Assembly (NCBI GenBank): GCA_964016885.1 | Contig: OZ024742.1 | Span: forward strand, 328,910,001 to 328,974,000 | Source: Eledone cirrhosa | Taxonomy: Eukaryota | DNA length: 64,000 nucleotides | Reading direction: 5' to 3' | Shown: positions 48,072 to 63,090 of the stretch, piece after piece | Layout of the letters: each line of letters begins with the position of its first letter | Numbering within the stretch: the stretch's first letter is position 1 | Translations under genes and position numbers: made by a program | Notes under the pieces: model-generated | What the model was told of the DNA's origin: nothing | Database searches by the model: none | What the model saw: only the letters and a program-made list of their open reading frames with translations

Positions 48072-49338
48072 AGCAACATCACTGATTTAACGTATACAAA
48101 GCCTAAACCCTTGGAGAAAATAACGACTCCCCTGAACTGGGAAGCTTTTACTCAGCACCTCAAATCTTGGACGACCTATCCGAACCGCGAAATATATTAT
48201 GCCTTTCTGTGAGTATTTCCCTCTCTCTCTGTAAGCCGCCAACAACATTAATGTTTATAGATTTTCTGTCAGGGATGATTGCTCCTCTTAAAACTCTGTG
48301 TCGATTACAAAAGGTTTGATTCGGTGATAGCGCTCTATTATCGCCCCCATCTATTTTTCGACTACAAAAGCCGAGGCAAAAGCATCTAGCACCACATGCT
48401 AGCCATACAATATGTACCATCTTCTCCCAATTAAGCACCACGTTCTACCAAATAAGATACTTTCAACATATTTGGGTTTTGACACTTCTTGGTATGACCA
48501 CGCGGAGAAAATTATTACCTGAATATTTACTACGTTAAATCATGTCACCATAATTCCCTCTCCACAGCCTTGGATATTTCCAGCACAATGCTATGTGCCA
48601 AAATGTTTAGTGATATATGTATTGTATATTTCATTAAGCAAATTTGCACAAACTTAGGTCCCTTTAAAATTCATTAATGCAGCAGTCTGATGTATGCGCC
48701 CTCTGTGGCTGTCTAGTTGTTCTAATGGTAACGCCTTCCCTGACTACAGTCATTAAACCATCACTATAAGTATCACCATGCCAACACATTTATATCTTGT
48801 GTGTCTAAGATAAGTGGATTGTCTTTAACAAAATATATATACATTAAAATAAAATGACGAACGGTAATGATTTTTTGTTACTTTTGTTTGTTACGTATAT
48901 ATCATCTGTTGAATATCTGATATTTTTATGATATTTTCATTTGTAATGTTTAAGTTTTCTTTTATAGACACTATACAATTTTAAACTGCATATTCATTTT
49001 CATTGTGAGAATATTTACATTTTTATCTTGTGGAATATCTATGGCTTTCTGTATATATTTTATTTTTTTCCGTCTATAAAACAAATTTTATATGGAATAA
49101 AATTTGAAATCTTGCAATAAAGTTTAAAATCTTTGGTAATGTTTATCGAGAATAAACTTTCAAATCCATTTATGTTTTCATGTGTAAAAAGATAACATAT
49201 ATGACTTCTTTTATTCATTGCAAATATATGTCTTTTCTTCAGCCAGAAATACAATATTTAAAGCCGTAAATAATCTTATTTCATCGGCCAAACAAGAAAA
49301 CTCCTCCATCAATATTATACACAAGACTTCATTTTACG

Positions 49339-49404
<66 letters not shown>

Positions 49405-49987
49405 TGGAAAATATCTTTGTAATAAAATTATAATAAAATACTAAGAAAAAATGAAACAGTCTCCTTGTCGTTTATTGTTGATTATCAGCTGGCTCAAGGC
49501 GACACTTTAGTAAAATCTATTAAGTATATAATCAACTTGGAATAGAGGAAAGGCAAAGCTAACTTCTATGATATAAGAAACCAAAACCTAACAGTAAGTT
49601 AATGCCTGTTTCTCATGACATGGTGGTTAGACTGGGACACTCGTTCACTAGGTCATGCGTGTGATTTCAGGACCTGTTTCGGAGTGGGTTCTTGATCACA
49701 GTAAGTTTCTTTGTGATAGAACTGGGACACCCAACAAGCCTGCTAAGAGATACAATCTTGTAGGAAGCCAGCTAACCCTATATATGTGTGAGTTCTAATT
49801 TTGAACTTATTTTTCACGTACACAGATGTTAAGGAACGATTGATTAATGGGTACATCATTCTTTTCATCTGAGAAGGACTAAATCTGCCGTTATCTCGGA
49901 TGTGTTTGAACCAGATATACGAATGGGTGAAGGAACGTTACCTTTTTTCGCAATTATTTTCTCTCACTAAATATATATATACATATG

Positions 49988-50083
<96 letters not shown>

Positions 50084-50399
50084 GTAGATGACGTAAGAAG
50101 CAGTGGGGAAATTTAAAATGAGCGCTTCTGATCGCGGACTGAGAAGCCTCTTTCTCAATTTTCTGTACTTTATCTCATTTTTGTAACTATTTATAATGAT
50201 AAATTATTATTATGGTCATTTGCGTTGGGAGGCACACTTTTCATATATATATATATTGAGTATGTGTTAGTTGTGTACCGACACCTCAGTATGCAAATTG
50301 GAGCACTCGACGAAGTACTCAGGTTGGTTTGCTTACTCCGGAGTAATGTAAAATAAGTAAGTCAAAAATGTTAAATTTGGTTTCGTTGTTATAAATTAT

Positions 50400-50453
50400 C
50401 TGCTATATATATTTCAGTGACAGCTATTATTGGCTGTGACCTCTTCAGGCAGT
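50400..50453 (-). ncRNA. Type I hammerhead ribozyme motif (same family as 45028)
   Basis: Minus strand CTGC-CTGAAGA-GGTCACAGCCA...TAGCTGTCACT-GAAA-TATATATA-GCAG. Confidence 0.78.
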
Positions 50454-50587
50454 ACGAATTAAGGTAGAAAGAACAGGTAAACATGGTGTTGAAATGTGTT
50501 CCACTCTGTCAATTCATCAATATGTCCAGCTTCTGGGCGTGTTGTTAGTCCTACGAGGAATTGGTATCATATCATATGATTCCAGTT

Positions 50588-50643
<56 letters not shown>

Positions 50644-51143
50644 CATTATATATATATATATATACATATATAAATAATATATGTCAATATAAGAGAGCAA
50701 AAGAGAGAAAACTATTTTTTACAATGAAAAAATATTAATAGTTGGATTCTCAAGTTTATTGTATATAAACATATATCATTTCATTTCATATATACCCCTA
50801 TTGTGATTTAAGTTGTCCTAGTGATACTGCCAAATAATTATAGGAACACAATTTTGTACTATATGCAAATGTATATTTCCAGCCGATGTTCATCTCATAA
50901 AAGGTATATAGACACTTGTCGATTTCGATCTCAGTAGCGGGTGGGAGAATGTCCTTGGTCATAGATGACCGAATTTTGAAACAAATAACAGTGAAAGAGA
51001 GCAAAAGAGAGAAAAATAATTCTTTCAAAACGAAACCTGATTATTTTAAATAACAACGCCCCCATGTATTGTATATAAAAAATATAGTATATGATTTCAT
51101 ATACATCGCTATTATGCATACCATAGCGTTAGTGCTACTGCCA

Positions 51144-51176
<33 letters not shown>

Positions 51177-51184
51177 TATATAAG

Positions 51185-51218
<34 letters not shown>

Positions 51219-51225
51219 TATATAA

Positions 51226-51308
<83 letters not shown>

Positions 51309-51320
51309 TATATAAGTATA

Positions 51321-51371
<51 letters not shown>

Positions 51372-51375
51372 ATAC

Positions 51376-51406
<31 letters not shown>

Positions 51407-51487
51407 CATATATATATAAGTATATATATATATATACATATATATATATACTAACATGCATATATATATATACATACACATATATAT

Positions 51488-51540
<53 letters not shown>
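51144..51540. repeat. Interrupted (TA)n tract
   Basis: Directly visible. Confidence 0.95.
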
Positions 51541-51544
<4 letters not shown>

Positions 51545-52248
51545 TAGTTCAATGTAATTTAAAGTTATATGCGATATCCTGTTGCAAAGATATTTGAAAT
51601 GCTAGCCTAATAACCTTAATGGGATTTTTAAAAGAACATTCAGATGACTTAATATTCAACTCTCTAGTGAAAATTTCATGAAGTTACATTTTCATGAAAT
51701 CAAATCATGAGAATAACGGCATATATTAGTATATATTATTACATTTCAGATTTTCTTTATTTTCAAATGTATTAATAGAAATATAAGTTGGTGGATCGGT
51801 ATTGCATTTTCGATTCCGCTCTCTGTATTCTTACTTCAAACCCTTCCAAGTCAACTTTGGTTTCCATCCCTTTTGAGATTGATAAAAATAAAACAAAATA
51901 CCAAACCTTCTATTGGAGTTCATTCTTTTTCTATATATCTTGCTAGCTTTATATTTATCTCTCTTAAATAAATATGCTGTGTTTATCCATATCGGTGGAG
52001 CATGCATGTACGTATGCATGTATATTTACATATATTGAAATGCTACAGCCTATACCACCTCAATACGGATGATATGATTAATGGTGTTCTCGGAATTCAG
52101 GTGTAGCAACCGTCTTAATATTTAGAGATAGGTATTGTTTCCGACCATGACTCACAAATATACACCTAGATTAATTCCGCTGTAGCTTTAACCAGTATAA
52201 TGAATAGATTTCCACTTATTATCTAGCAAGTTGACAACAGACCAACGG

Positions 52249-52399
52249 CCCAGTGCATTACTTGTGCTTTATTATATCTACCCCGTATGGATGAATGGTA
52301 AAGGTAACCAGGTGGGATTTGAACTCAGAACGTAAAGAGCCATAATTACTATGCTGCAAAGCATGATGTGAGACGCTCTACCGATACTATTAAACCACC
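52249..52399 (-). mobile_element. Degenerate SINE (ATT-tailed family)
   Basis: Reverse complement matches the GTATCGGTAGAG head, GAGTTCAAATCC and CATCCATACGGGG core. Confidence 0.75.
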
Positions 52400-53254
52400 A
52401 TTTGATTCGTTTGCAAGCAAACAGCCCCATTACACTATGTTATTTAGATCACTGCCGTCATCCATTTGTTCTAGCAGTGACATAGAGAAACAATCTACAA
52501 CGTAGTTTCAGGGCTATTGCAATTTGTTAAGATTCTGTATCTATTTTTTTATGATTTGATGTTTGTTATTTGATCTCAATTGATGGCCATGTACTTGTTT
52601 TTGTTGGCATTGAAGAATAGTCCCATAGCTTGAGTAGAGACGTATAACCTGTGTTAAAGATCCTCTGCAATACTTAGTGAATCTGCACATAAGACAATAT
52701 AATGAGCGAAATCCATATCTGGTAGGTGTAGTGACAGATATCTTTGGACGATAAAGCAATCAAAATAATCAATAGCAACATTTAATGCATGAATATGGTG
52801 CGAGGGGATCGCTTTGAAGTACGCCTGTGACCACCTGTAAGAATGGAGTTCATCTTTCTGTTGTCAGTAATGGAGCGAGATTACTATGTACATGATTCTA
52901 ATTCCATTAACGAATTTCAGAGGAATACCGTAAGCGAGCAGAATTTCAAAATTCTTTTTCTACAGGTATCGACAAGTAAGTTATATAAATTGTATAAATC
53001 TTACTCGTTAAGCTTCAGTATAGCAATTTTTAAATACTACGCCCAAGGCGACTGCTTGGCTGACCTTAATATTAGCGCAGGTCAAATGGGTATGGTGAGT
53101 TAATATTGGTGTAATATGTGCGTAATTGGAACCGGGGTCTTAAACAGCTATTTCCTATTTGCTGGTTAGATATGTAAGGGTTGTGAAATAGATACTAGCA
53201 ACAGAATGATATATTTAAAGGTATTTATGAAACAGTGTTTGAAAAAAAAAAAAA

Positions 53255-53308
<54 letters not shown>

Positions 53309-54520
53309 TAGTTGCGTGTGTGTGTGCGTGCCTGTGTGTATCATCACTGTGTTATATCCGCATTCCATGTTGTATGTGTGTGTCATGATCTGAGCCTTGT
53401 CGTCTTGGTTACGCAGCTTTCACTAGTACGTTCCATTTTTCCATCGCATTTCCAACTTGAGATAAATACAAGGCAATGAAAGTCTATTATGTTAACGCTT
53501 CAAATAGTTGGGAAATCTTTTCAACGTTTCGGACGCTAGTAATTTATTGGAAGATAGAATAATTGAGAGATGGAATCTTAGAAATTTGGGAGAGTGAAGA
53601 ACAAACAAAATAGGCAAGAGTAAAAAAAAATGAAAACGAGGATGAGGGTGGATAGGAGAGAAAGCTCGTGTTGTTGTTAATCAACCAACTTAAAATGTCA
53701 CACATTCAGAACGTGACTAGATTGTTGAAGTGTAACTGGACTCCTTACTGGCAGTGGAATTGGCCATCCGCAATAAACAGCTCCGAGTATATGTCACTCG
53801 TTACCTTCTGGGGTAAAACACAATTCTGAAGGCTGAGACAGTGAAGCAGCTCCTATCTAATGTTTTGTAAAATACATTCATATTATATTATGCCATGTTA
53901 GGCACTGACTTAGTCGATCATATATATCCAAGCATTTATTTTTCAAGACTGGCATTTAATTTATCTATCTCTTTTGTCGAACTGTTAAGCTACGGAACAT
54001 AAACAGTAAAGGCAAATAGACAGAAAGACACGCATCCACACACTTGTGGGACTTGTACATATTTCCATCTACCAAATTTCATTAAAAAAAATCATTGGTC
54101 AATTTGAGGCGATACTAGAAGACATTTGCTCAAGATGTCATATAGTGGAATAGAACAAACCTTCACGCAGTTGAGAAGAGGGATATGTAACCGCACAGCT
54201 ACACTCGTATTTACGAATATTCTATACGATCCATACTTTAAACTATGCTTTCAGTCTTTATATTGTTACGACGCCATAGGTTGAAAATATATTTTGGCGA
54301 TCTTATATTCCTGTGGTAAAAACACTTGCTATTATAACTGCATGAAAATGGTCCTAGTATCTTAGCAGCGATTAAACAGAAACAAGTAAATATTTAAAAC
54401 GTGTTAAAAACATAACATGATTGCTTATCTGCAAGCAATCAAACCGTGGCTGAATATTAAAAGTAGAGAAAATACGTGGCAACCGTCAATAAACTTAACC
54501 CGTTCTACTTCGCTCTAAAC

Positions 54521-55307
54521 CAGAGGTTCTCAACCTTTTTTTCGCTGTGGACCACCAAAATAAGTAGATTTTTCGTGTGGACCACCTAAACTTTTAAATC
54601 TTTTGTAATAGAACTGCTACTTATAAGCATCAGTAGATGTTTTTTTTCTCAATTAATTAGAAAATGTTATTATCATGTCGCAGTGCATAAAAATCTTCGC
54701 AGATAAACAGCTGAAGTCGTACTTATGCGAAGAATAAGAGCAGCGCTTTAAGTTAAATGCACTGATCAAAAAAGAATTTGCTATTGCACCAAGCAACGCA
54801 TGACTTATTCGTTATTAATTTGAATTTTTTCGATTTCATTTCTCAGCGACAAATATGAAGCATTGATGTTGAGAATAAGTTTCTACTTCTAATTGGTAAG
54901 ATCGATTTGATTGGTCAATACCATTTTCACTTTGGAATGACAGTTCCTTTTTTGTTCCTCTAAAGGACATGTTTTAAGCACCAAGACGACACAGAACAAA
55001 CAAATGGAACACCAATAAGAAAACCAATTTGAAAATGTCTATTTTTTCAATAAAGATTTATTTGATAGAATCGAGTAGAAAAAGGTTACTGAGTCCTGGA
55101 AAACACTCCCTAATGTCCAATAGGAAAAGCGTGCTCTCAAATGCACTCACGGGTGCGAGGTGTGATGAGGCATGTTTCGTTTGTGTGACGTGTGCGTGTA
55201 CGGAAGAATTTAAATTTTTCAGGTGGTCCACAGAAAATTTTCTGTGGACCACCTGAATTTTCCTGTGAACCACTAGTGGTCCACATGGACCAGGTTGAGA
55301 ACCCCTG
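54521..55307. mobile_element. hAT (Charlie-type) non-autonomous DNA transposon
   Basis: 16 bp TIRs CAGAGGTTCTCAACCT / AGGTTGAGAACCCCTG, perfect 8 bp TSD CTCTAAAC (54513-54520, 55308-55315), subterminal GTGGACCAC repeats. Confidence 0.93.
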
Positions 55308-55471
55308 CTCTAAACTACAGAATATATTTTAAAAAGAATATACAGAAGAACCACAATCATATATATCTGAACATTCGTTGAAATTATATACTTGTACTGA
55401 GTAACTTATTTTATAACTAAATAGACTTACAGTTTTAACATAGTTTTATTGTGTGTACATAGACATATATA

Positions 55472-55526
<55 letters not shown>

Positions 55527-55800
55527 GCATGTATACACGCACATATACATACACATATACACACACACAGACATACATATACGCGTGTGTGTATGTGTGT
55601 GTGTGTACACATTCATATATACACAACAAATAAATACATATATAGTGTTTTCTATTCAGCTGACTATATCATATAACTCCGAAGTTAGGTATATCAATTC
55701 ACGTTGTACTATCATGCACCGAATGACCCCTCGAGATTGGGTGAGCGAGTTCAAAAAAAGTAAAAACTTGATACAACACACCGTCCATTTAAATATCGAT

Positions 55801-55869
<69 letters not shown>

Positions 55870-55915
55870 GATAGATATATATATAAATATATGCATAAAT
55901 ACAAACATACATTCA

Positions 55916-55949
<34 letters not shown>

Positions 55950-56301
55950 CATACATGTATATATCCAGCTAGCTAGTTTTCAACATGACCTATGTTATAT
56001 ATGTGGCGTTTAAATAGAGATCTAATTCTCTCATTACTAACTCTCTCTAAATTGTTTCCCCAAAACCAAATGAACCTTGAATGTGTGTGTACTGACTGAA
56101 TGAAATATGTAACAAATCGTACATGTCAATATTAGTAACATATATATTACCGTAACCACTCTCCATATTTGCGTATATGTATATATATAATATATATATA
56201 TATCTATTTATGTATGTTTGTGAATATGTATATATTCGTGTATACATACATATACACATGGACATATATATATATGTGTGTGTGTGTGTATATGTATGTA
56301 T

Positions 56302-56349
<48 letters not shown>

Positions 56350-56467
56350 GGATATATATATATATATATATATATGGATATAAATATATATGGATATATA
56401 TATATATATATATATATGGATATATATATATATATATATATATGGATATATATATATATATATATAT

Positions 56468-56558
<91 letters not shown>

Positions 56559-57130
56559 CGTGTGTCTGTGTATATATATACATATAAAGCGAAACCTACA
56601 GTCAGTAGGCACCTCTTAACCAAATATACACCCCAATCCACTACCCCTACCCTAACCTCCCACTCCCACTAACACCACCCTCTCTCTGTAAAGTTGGTAC
56701 CACAACATTCAGTCCAAATAAATGAGATAATTAGATCGAGATCGTGTAGAGGTCACGACAACAAAAAAAAGGCACACACTCCACGCTGTAATGTGGCAGT
56801 GTAGGTAACACGGTAAAAGGTTCCCAATTCTACATTATAAATGTGGTTGGTGTTAGGAAGGGCATCCAGCTGTAGAAAACCTGCCAGATAGTCTTATATG
56901 AGCGATACACGGTCACCCAACCAAACTTGCGTCAGGTGGAACAACTTCCGTGTATATATATATATACACAGAGGTATCCACTTTAAGTTGTGGGATCTAT
57001 TCTGTATGAAGAACTCAATGTAATCCATATGTTGTAGGTTAAGATATCTCAGAAAACAATAAAACATTAAAAGGAAAACAGAGTCATGATATAAGTTGAA
57101 ACAATGAAATAAAAAGTCAAGTCATTAGAG

Positions 57131-57317
57131 ATATACTTCACTGCTTTACGATCGTTTCTAGATGGTGATAATACATTGTATCTATACTCAGTTATTGATC
57201 TATGTAAGTTTACAAACTATCAGATAGTGAGAATATTTACTTACATAGATCAATAACTGAGTATAGATACAATGTATTATCACCATCTAGAAACGATCGT
57301 AAAGCAGTGAAGTATAT
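57131..57317. repeat. Perfect 79 bp inverted repeat with a 29 bp spacer
   Basis: 57131-57209 is the exact reverse complement of 57239-57317. Confidence 0.95.
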
Positions 57318-58045
57318 ATAGATATATATATATATACATCTATATATACATATAACGAACATACATATCCATATATATATATATCCATACATATACACAC
57401 ACACATATCCATACATATGTTGGCTGCAAAATGTGCTAAGAGTATTTTAATCGCTTGTCAGATTACAGAAAATGGTGCACCATTAAACTACAGCCAGCCA
57501 CACGAACATCTAACATAACCTGAACCAGCAATGCCTGTGCATTGAAGGTTTTTTAGTGGTGCAAGGCCTTGCACTCGACCAATCCCACTCTCTGAGCATC
57601 GAAAACACTACCCGAAAAGAAGAACTGGTCAACATCATCGGATGTTTCTGAAGTCGCAGGTTTCTTTTTCAGAGTTTCCCTCTCTTAGAAAGGTATTGTG
57701 ACAACTACAGGAGGCCTTTCACTCCAGATGAATGAGAAACATTTGGATGGCCGTTGACTCTGCTGAGTTCCTTCGCCCTTCGCTCTGTCTTGTATTTCAA
57801 CCTGCAGGGTGTCCAAATATCATCCTTCTCACGAAGCAAGCTTGGTGCGGTTGCCGGTTTAGTCGCCTTCGACCCGATCATGAGACAGGTTGTACTGAGT
57901 TACATGTTACCATTAGCACTTGTCAGCGACGTGACATAACATACATCCATATATGTATATACATCCATACATACATCTACACACGCATATTTACCTACCT
58001 GTCAATCTATCCATCTATCTATCTAATTCTCTCTCTCTCTCTCTG

Positions 58046-58112
<67 letters not shown>

Positions 58113-58555
58113 CGAACGAAATGTGGTAAGGAACCAGATGGACCATAACGCACCAAAGTACTCAAAACTTAGGGTAGTAGAGTGGGTAATAGGAACGAGT
58201 AGGACCCGGACGGCTGAGCTCAAGCCGTTTCGACGGCTTAATTCTGGACAGGATTCGCCGTCAAAACGGCTTGAGCTCAGCAGTCCGGGTCCTACTCGTT
58301 CCTATATATATATATATATATATATAGTTATACTTTGGGATGGTCATTTTGCCAATAAGAAACACACGCACCAGCGGCTTTCACTGCAATTTATTATAAG
58401 AAAAAAAAAAAATTTCTTTTTTTAATTTATAATAAATTAGAGTTAAAGCAATGGCGCGTGTGTTTCTTATTGGCAACATGACCCTCCCAAATTATAACAA
58501 TATCGGTTTCAACACACGTTTTCAGATAAAGAATCTTGCTAATCATTCAGAAACG

Positions 58556-58603
<48 letters not shown>

Positions 58604-58821
58604 CTAGTTTCGTTGTTGTTACAACTCATCAGTCATACAAAAGTGAGTTACAAACGAAACGAAATTTAATTTCGTTTCGTTATTTGTTTTTATCGTCTCC
58701 GTTGAACCGGTACGTACTCACGCTCTATGCAAATTAGTCTGCCCACTACTAATTTTCATAGAAAAAGCATATAACGATATGTGCTTTTACGATTCTATAT
58801 ATATATATATATATATATACG

Positions 58822-58853
<32 letters not shown>

Positions 58854-59135
58854 GACATATATGTATATATATATATACATATATATGTAGATATATATGT
58901 ATCTATATATGTATATATATATATACATATATATGTAGATATATATGTATCTATATATGTATATATATATATACATATATAACCACAAGTTTATATGGGT
59001 CGTTGATTATTCAAATTCATTAAGTTTATCATATTATTTGTGGGATATAAATGTTGAGTGTCGGGGAAATAACTTACTACCACTACAGGAATTGAAGATT
59101 CAAGACCTCAGGGGTATGTCGTATAACCAATCTCT

Positions 59136-59206
59136 TATATATTTTATCTGATGAAAACGTACTGAAACACCATTGTACCTTTGAAATATGTATAACAAAA
59201 TATATA
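59136..59206 (+). ncRNA. Type I hammerhead ribozyme motif (same family as 47841)
   Basis: TATATATTTT/AAAATATATA stem I, CTGATGA, AAA.GTAC/GTAC.TTT, GAAATATGTATA; upstream CTCAGGG(G)TATGTC shared with the 47841 copy. Confidence 0.78.
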
Positions 59207-59519
59207 CTTTGGTTGTGATAATATTTCTTATTTATTAATATTTTGAATAATATTATATACATATATATATATGCATAAATATTATATGCATATATATTTA
59301 GCTATCGTATATATCAGCTGCTTAGCGCAAACTTCACTGCATATTAAAATTAACTACCCCGTATTAGTTTACTAATTGTATCCTTTACAGTGTGAAAAAA
59401 ATTATACAACCCCTAATTTTATTTTTACCCAAATTTGTCATAATTTGGGAGAAATTGATGAAGCCCCGAATATATTTATTTCAAACCATTAACAAATTAT
59501 TTATAAATAATTTACTATC

Positions 59520-59730
59520 TTCTCTCCCCATTTGAATGTATGCATCTTTTGAGTGACATTGCGAAGTTTATCATATCTCCTTTACAAGCAGTTCTAGGAA
59601 TGGCCCTGGCCTCATCGCTCATGTTTACTATTAGACGAGCGATGGGCCTTTGTTTTTTTACATATATCTCGTCCTTGAGATAGCCCCCCCCCCCTAAAAA
59701 CCTGGAAGGCGTACATCAGGGCTGTGACGA
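59520..59730 (-). pseudogene. Degenerate Tc1/mariner transposase C-terminal fragment
   Basis: Minus-strand translation SPDV..., GYLKDEIYVK, ARAIPRTAC...NF...LKRCIHSNG resembles the SPDL..WGYLK..VY / CI..NG end of Tc1/mariner transposases. Confidence 0.5.
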
Positions 59731-60719
59731 GTCCTTTCAAAATCAGTCTTCAAACCGATCACATAATTAAGAAAGTTAATGTTTCAGTTTTTATTAGGTA
59801 GGGGCTCTTCTTAAAATCCTATTTGGTAATACTTCCCCATGTTTATCTGGAGAGATCCAAGGATTGCCTTTTCCGCAGCATTTGTTTTGGGGGCTCTCTT
59901 CAAAAGATTCCCGGTCCATGGTAATGACTTCCTGTGTACGCTCCTTGGGTCGTCCCCAAACATTGTATTAAGGTTCTCTACTGTCCTGAAGTCACAACAT
60001 TCATTGGTATGTCTTTCTTCTTGGAACGCTGATTTTAGGTAAGTTCTCAGATTTCTATTAATTTGATTTGTGATAGACGAAAGTCAATATTAACGTTGGT
60101 TTACTTAATTTCAAAGCGTTGCTGTTGTATAGCACCGGATTAGTCCTGGTATGATTATATTTAAATACATTCTTACCGTGACTATGTGACTACCACATCC
60201 TTTTTATTTCAGAATATTGTACTCTAAAATATATTATCCAAACTGTGGCGTAATTTGAGACAACATGTGGCTGTTATTTCTAGAAGGCTGAGCTATCACT
60301 GTATAACCTACGTAGTTGTGAACCATGTGGGGTCGAGGAAGAAGAGTTCTGCTGTGTGCTTGCAGTGTGGGATTGGAGTTAAAAGCAGCAGCAAATGCAC
60401 TGGTTCACTGGTAACATCTTTGTTTATAAAGCTATCCTCTTTAAGGTGTGGTCGGCAGAGGTATTCCTCAAAGTTAAAATAAAACGTTTTGGCAAAATAC
60501 CAAAATGCACTTACAATTAGGAAGTAAAGAAACGGGAATGCTATGCGATGCATGTTGGCATTGTTTGCTTATTTAATGGTGATCTTTCAGTTGTTGCAGT
60601 AATGAATACATTCATAAAATATGGAGTTTATACTAACGCAAAATCCATTTTTAATGTGTTACCTCTCTCAACTGGGAATTAACCACGATGGGTATCAGTT
60701 AACAAGGCTAAAAATATCT

Positions 60720-61235
60720 CTGCCTCATTCATAAAATTTTGTCGGCTGTCTGCTCCAGATACCAGCTCATTTTGCACTGAGTTCACTACCAGCCGAGGTC
60801 AATCTTGCTTTTAAACTTTTTAGTTCTCGGGGTCCGGTAACTAGATTAAGTACCACATCAGAAGCAATGGATTGGTGGGGTTAATTGGGCAGGATGAATT
60901 CCAGTATCTGAGCCGGCTTATTATGCTCTGCGCACAAATCCCACCGAGGTAAAAGTTACCTTTCATCTTTACGGAGTCGATGTGTAAATTACCTGTCATT
61001 GGGCAATGGCTTGCTGGTGTTGTTAAACAGTCGGACAGAATGAATTGCGGTATCTCATCAGGCTCATTGCACTATGAGTTCAAATGCCGACGGGATCAAT
61101 ATCACGTTTTCTAATTTAGTGGTTGATACATAAAGTACCAGCTCATTGACGGTAGATTGGCGAGATAGTTAACGATTCATATTATATGGATTGTGGCATC
61201 TGATCAGACACTGTGCGTACTGAGTTCAAAACGTG
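60720..61235 (+). mobile_element. Tandem run of ~4 degenerate SINE 5' halves
   Basis: Repeating TGGATTGG...TGAGTTCAAA...CCGAGGT...AAGTACCA pattern at ~120-150 bp period. Confidence 0.55.
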
Positions 61236-63090
61236 CCTCCATTTTAGGAGTACTTTCCTTTCACCGAATGAACAAAAAATACCTAATTTCACTCGTAATA
61301 TTACCTACTTCACTTTCATGACATTTTGAATACCTCCTATTTGTCGGACTTCCACCGAACAACAGAGCAGAATGCTGGCGAAATTAAAGTGGAAATAGCT
61401 GAACGTTCCACCTTAATGTGAAAACTTATCGTACTTATTATGGGGATTGAGAGTGACATAATATGTGACAAGGCTAGTCATTTAAATTACAAATACAAAT
61501 ATTTTTATTTCTACCTGAGTGCGCTGCAACAACGTTTAAATAACGTGTCTTGCTCGAGGACACAACGTGCCGCCGAGAATCGAGCTTCCCAGCGTGATTC
61601 GAACAATCTAACCACCAATCCACCAAACTATGCGCCTTCATGCTTTATATTTATGAAGCCAGATATTCATGTCGAATATGTTAATCTATTTCTCACAAGA
61701 CCAAACATCTTACTATTATATTCAGATATTTCATTTTTTTCTCCTGATGGAATTGTTAAGTGATGTGAAATCCTAAGACGTTTTATAACAGTAATAACAT
61801 CTTAGCGACCTTATAAACAAACCATTAACTGATAACACTACCATCTCGTGTTCTCTGCAAAAGATCAGATGGATGTTGCTACATGGTCCCAGTGGGTAGA
61901 ATTGTGAATGTTATATATCTGGTAGTTGAGAAATGTTTTATAAATGATGTTATAACTGTGTCTGGAAGTTGAGAATTATCATATAAACGATGTTGTTATA
62001 ACATAATTTTAAACTTATAGACAAGTCAATGCGATAATAATTGAGGGTAGAGTAATATGCCACACCTGAACAAACTTCGCCAGGTAATCTTAACATAGCG
62101 ACCATATAACAACTATTATTTAACAACACTACTAGCTGATGTCATTTACAATTCCTCAGATGGTTGTTGCATCAAGGTTCCAGTGGACAGATTTGGGAAT
62201 ATGTTAGCACGATGATGGTGAAGGAAATGTGTTGAAAAAGGCCGGTGCAGATCGCAAGGCTCATTTTTGAAAGTGGGCATCTCCTTTGCAATCGAGTAAA
62301 TAAGGAGTTGGTTTGGGAACCCAAGACGTCAGAGGCTGCTACCATTGTACTTTCAGTGTTTTTTCTTGTTCACTATTTATCTATAATGTTCTTATTGTGA
62401 TGCAAATTTTGTCATTTGTGAGGCTATCATTAAACCTTATTTTCAACTCTTACCTACGCCCCGAAATCCTCCACCACACCAACAACTGTAAAGTTGCCTG
62501 TATATTTTTTGTTATGGTAGTGTTGGTGGCAATGTTGATGGTGGTGATACTGGGTGGGTAAATACAATCGTGATGGTACTGGTGTTGTGTGAGTGTATGT
62601 GCACATATGTGCGTGAGTGCATATAAATGTGTGACTGTGTGTGTATGAATATCTGCCAATGCATATGTGTGCGTAGTATAAATTCAGTTAGGTTTCATAA
62701 GTGAAAGAAATTTCTCGAGAAAAAAAGATTCATTGTTGTAAGTTTGTCAAAATGTCTTAAGGAAGATTGAAGGTTGAGAAGGTGAAAAGTCACGTGTGAA
62801 AGTGTGGGTAACGTGTCAGTGTATATAGTGGTAGCCATGATGGGAAATTTGAGAAGGTCAAGTTCACATGTGAAGATGCAAGTAACGAGATGTGTTGGTG
62901 GTGGTTGGGAGTTGGCGCATATGGTTGACGCATGAATTGGGAAAGGGTTATGACGTTCCGGAAATGTCTTTTAACATTGGTATAAAGTAAGAAAATGGCT
63001 ATTATGTATCTAAAACATCAACTGACAAAACACACAGTCAGTAATAACGACATAGACAATACCAACAATAAGAGCAACAACAGCAGTAGT

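Noticed and set aside
48200-54500. Host gene exons
   Set aside because: No ORF with recognisable domains or convincing exon structure; small exons cannot be excluded without transcript data
59800-60560. Very old Tx1-like ORF2 remnant on the minus strand (MFGDDPRSVHRKSLPW resembling TFGPGPMDNFQKSLAW)
   Set aside because: Similarity is too short and weak to call without a profile search
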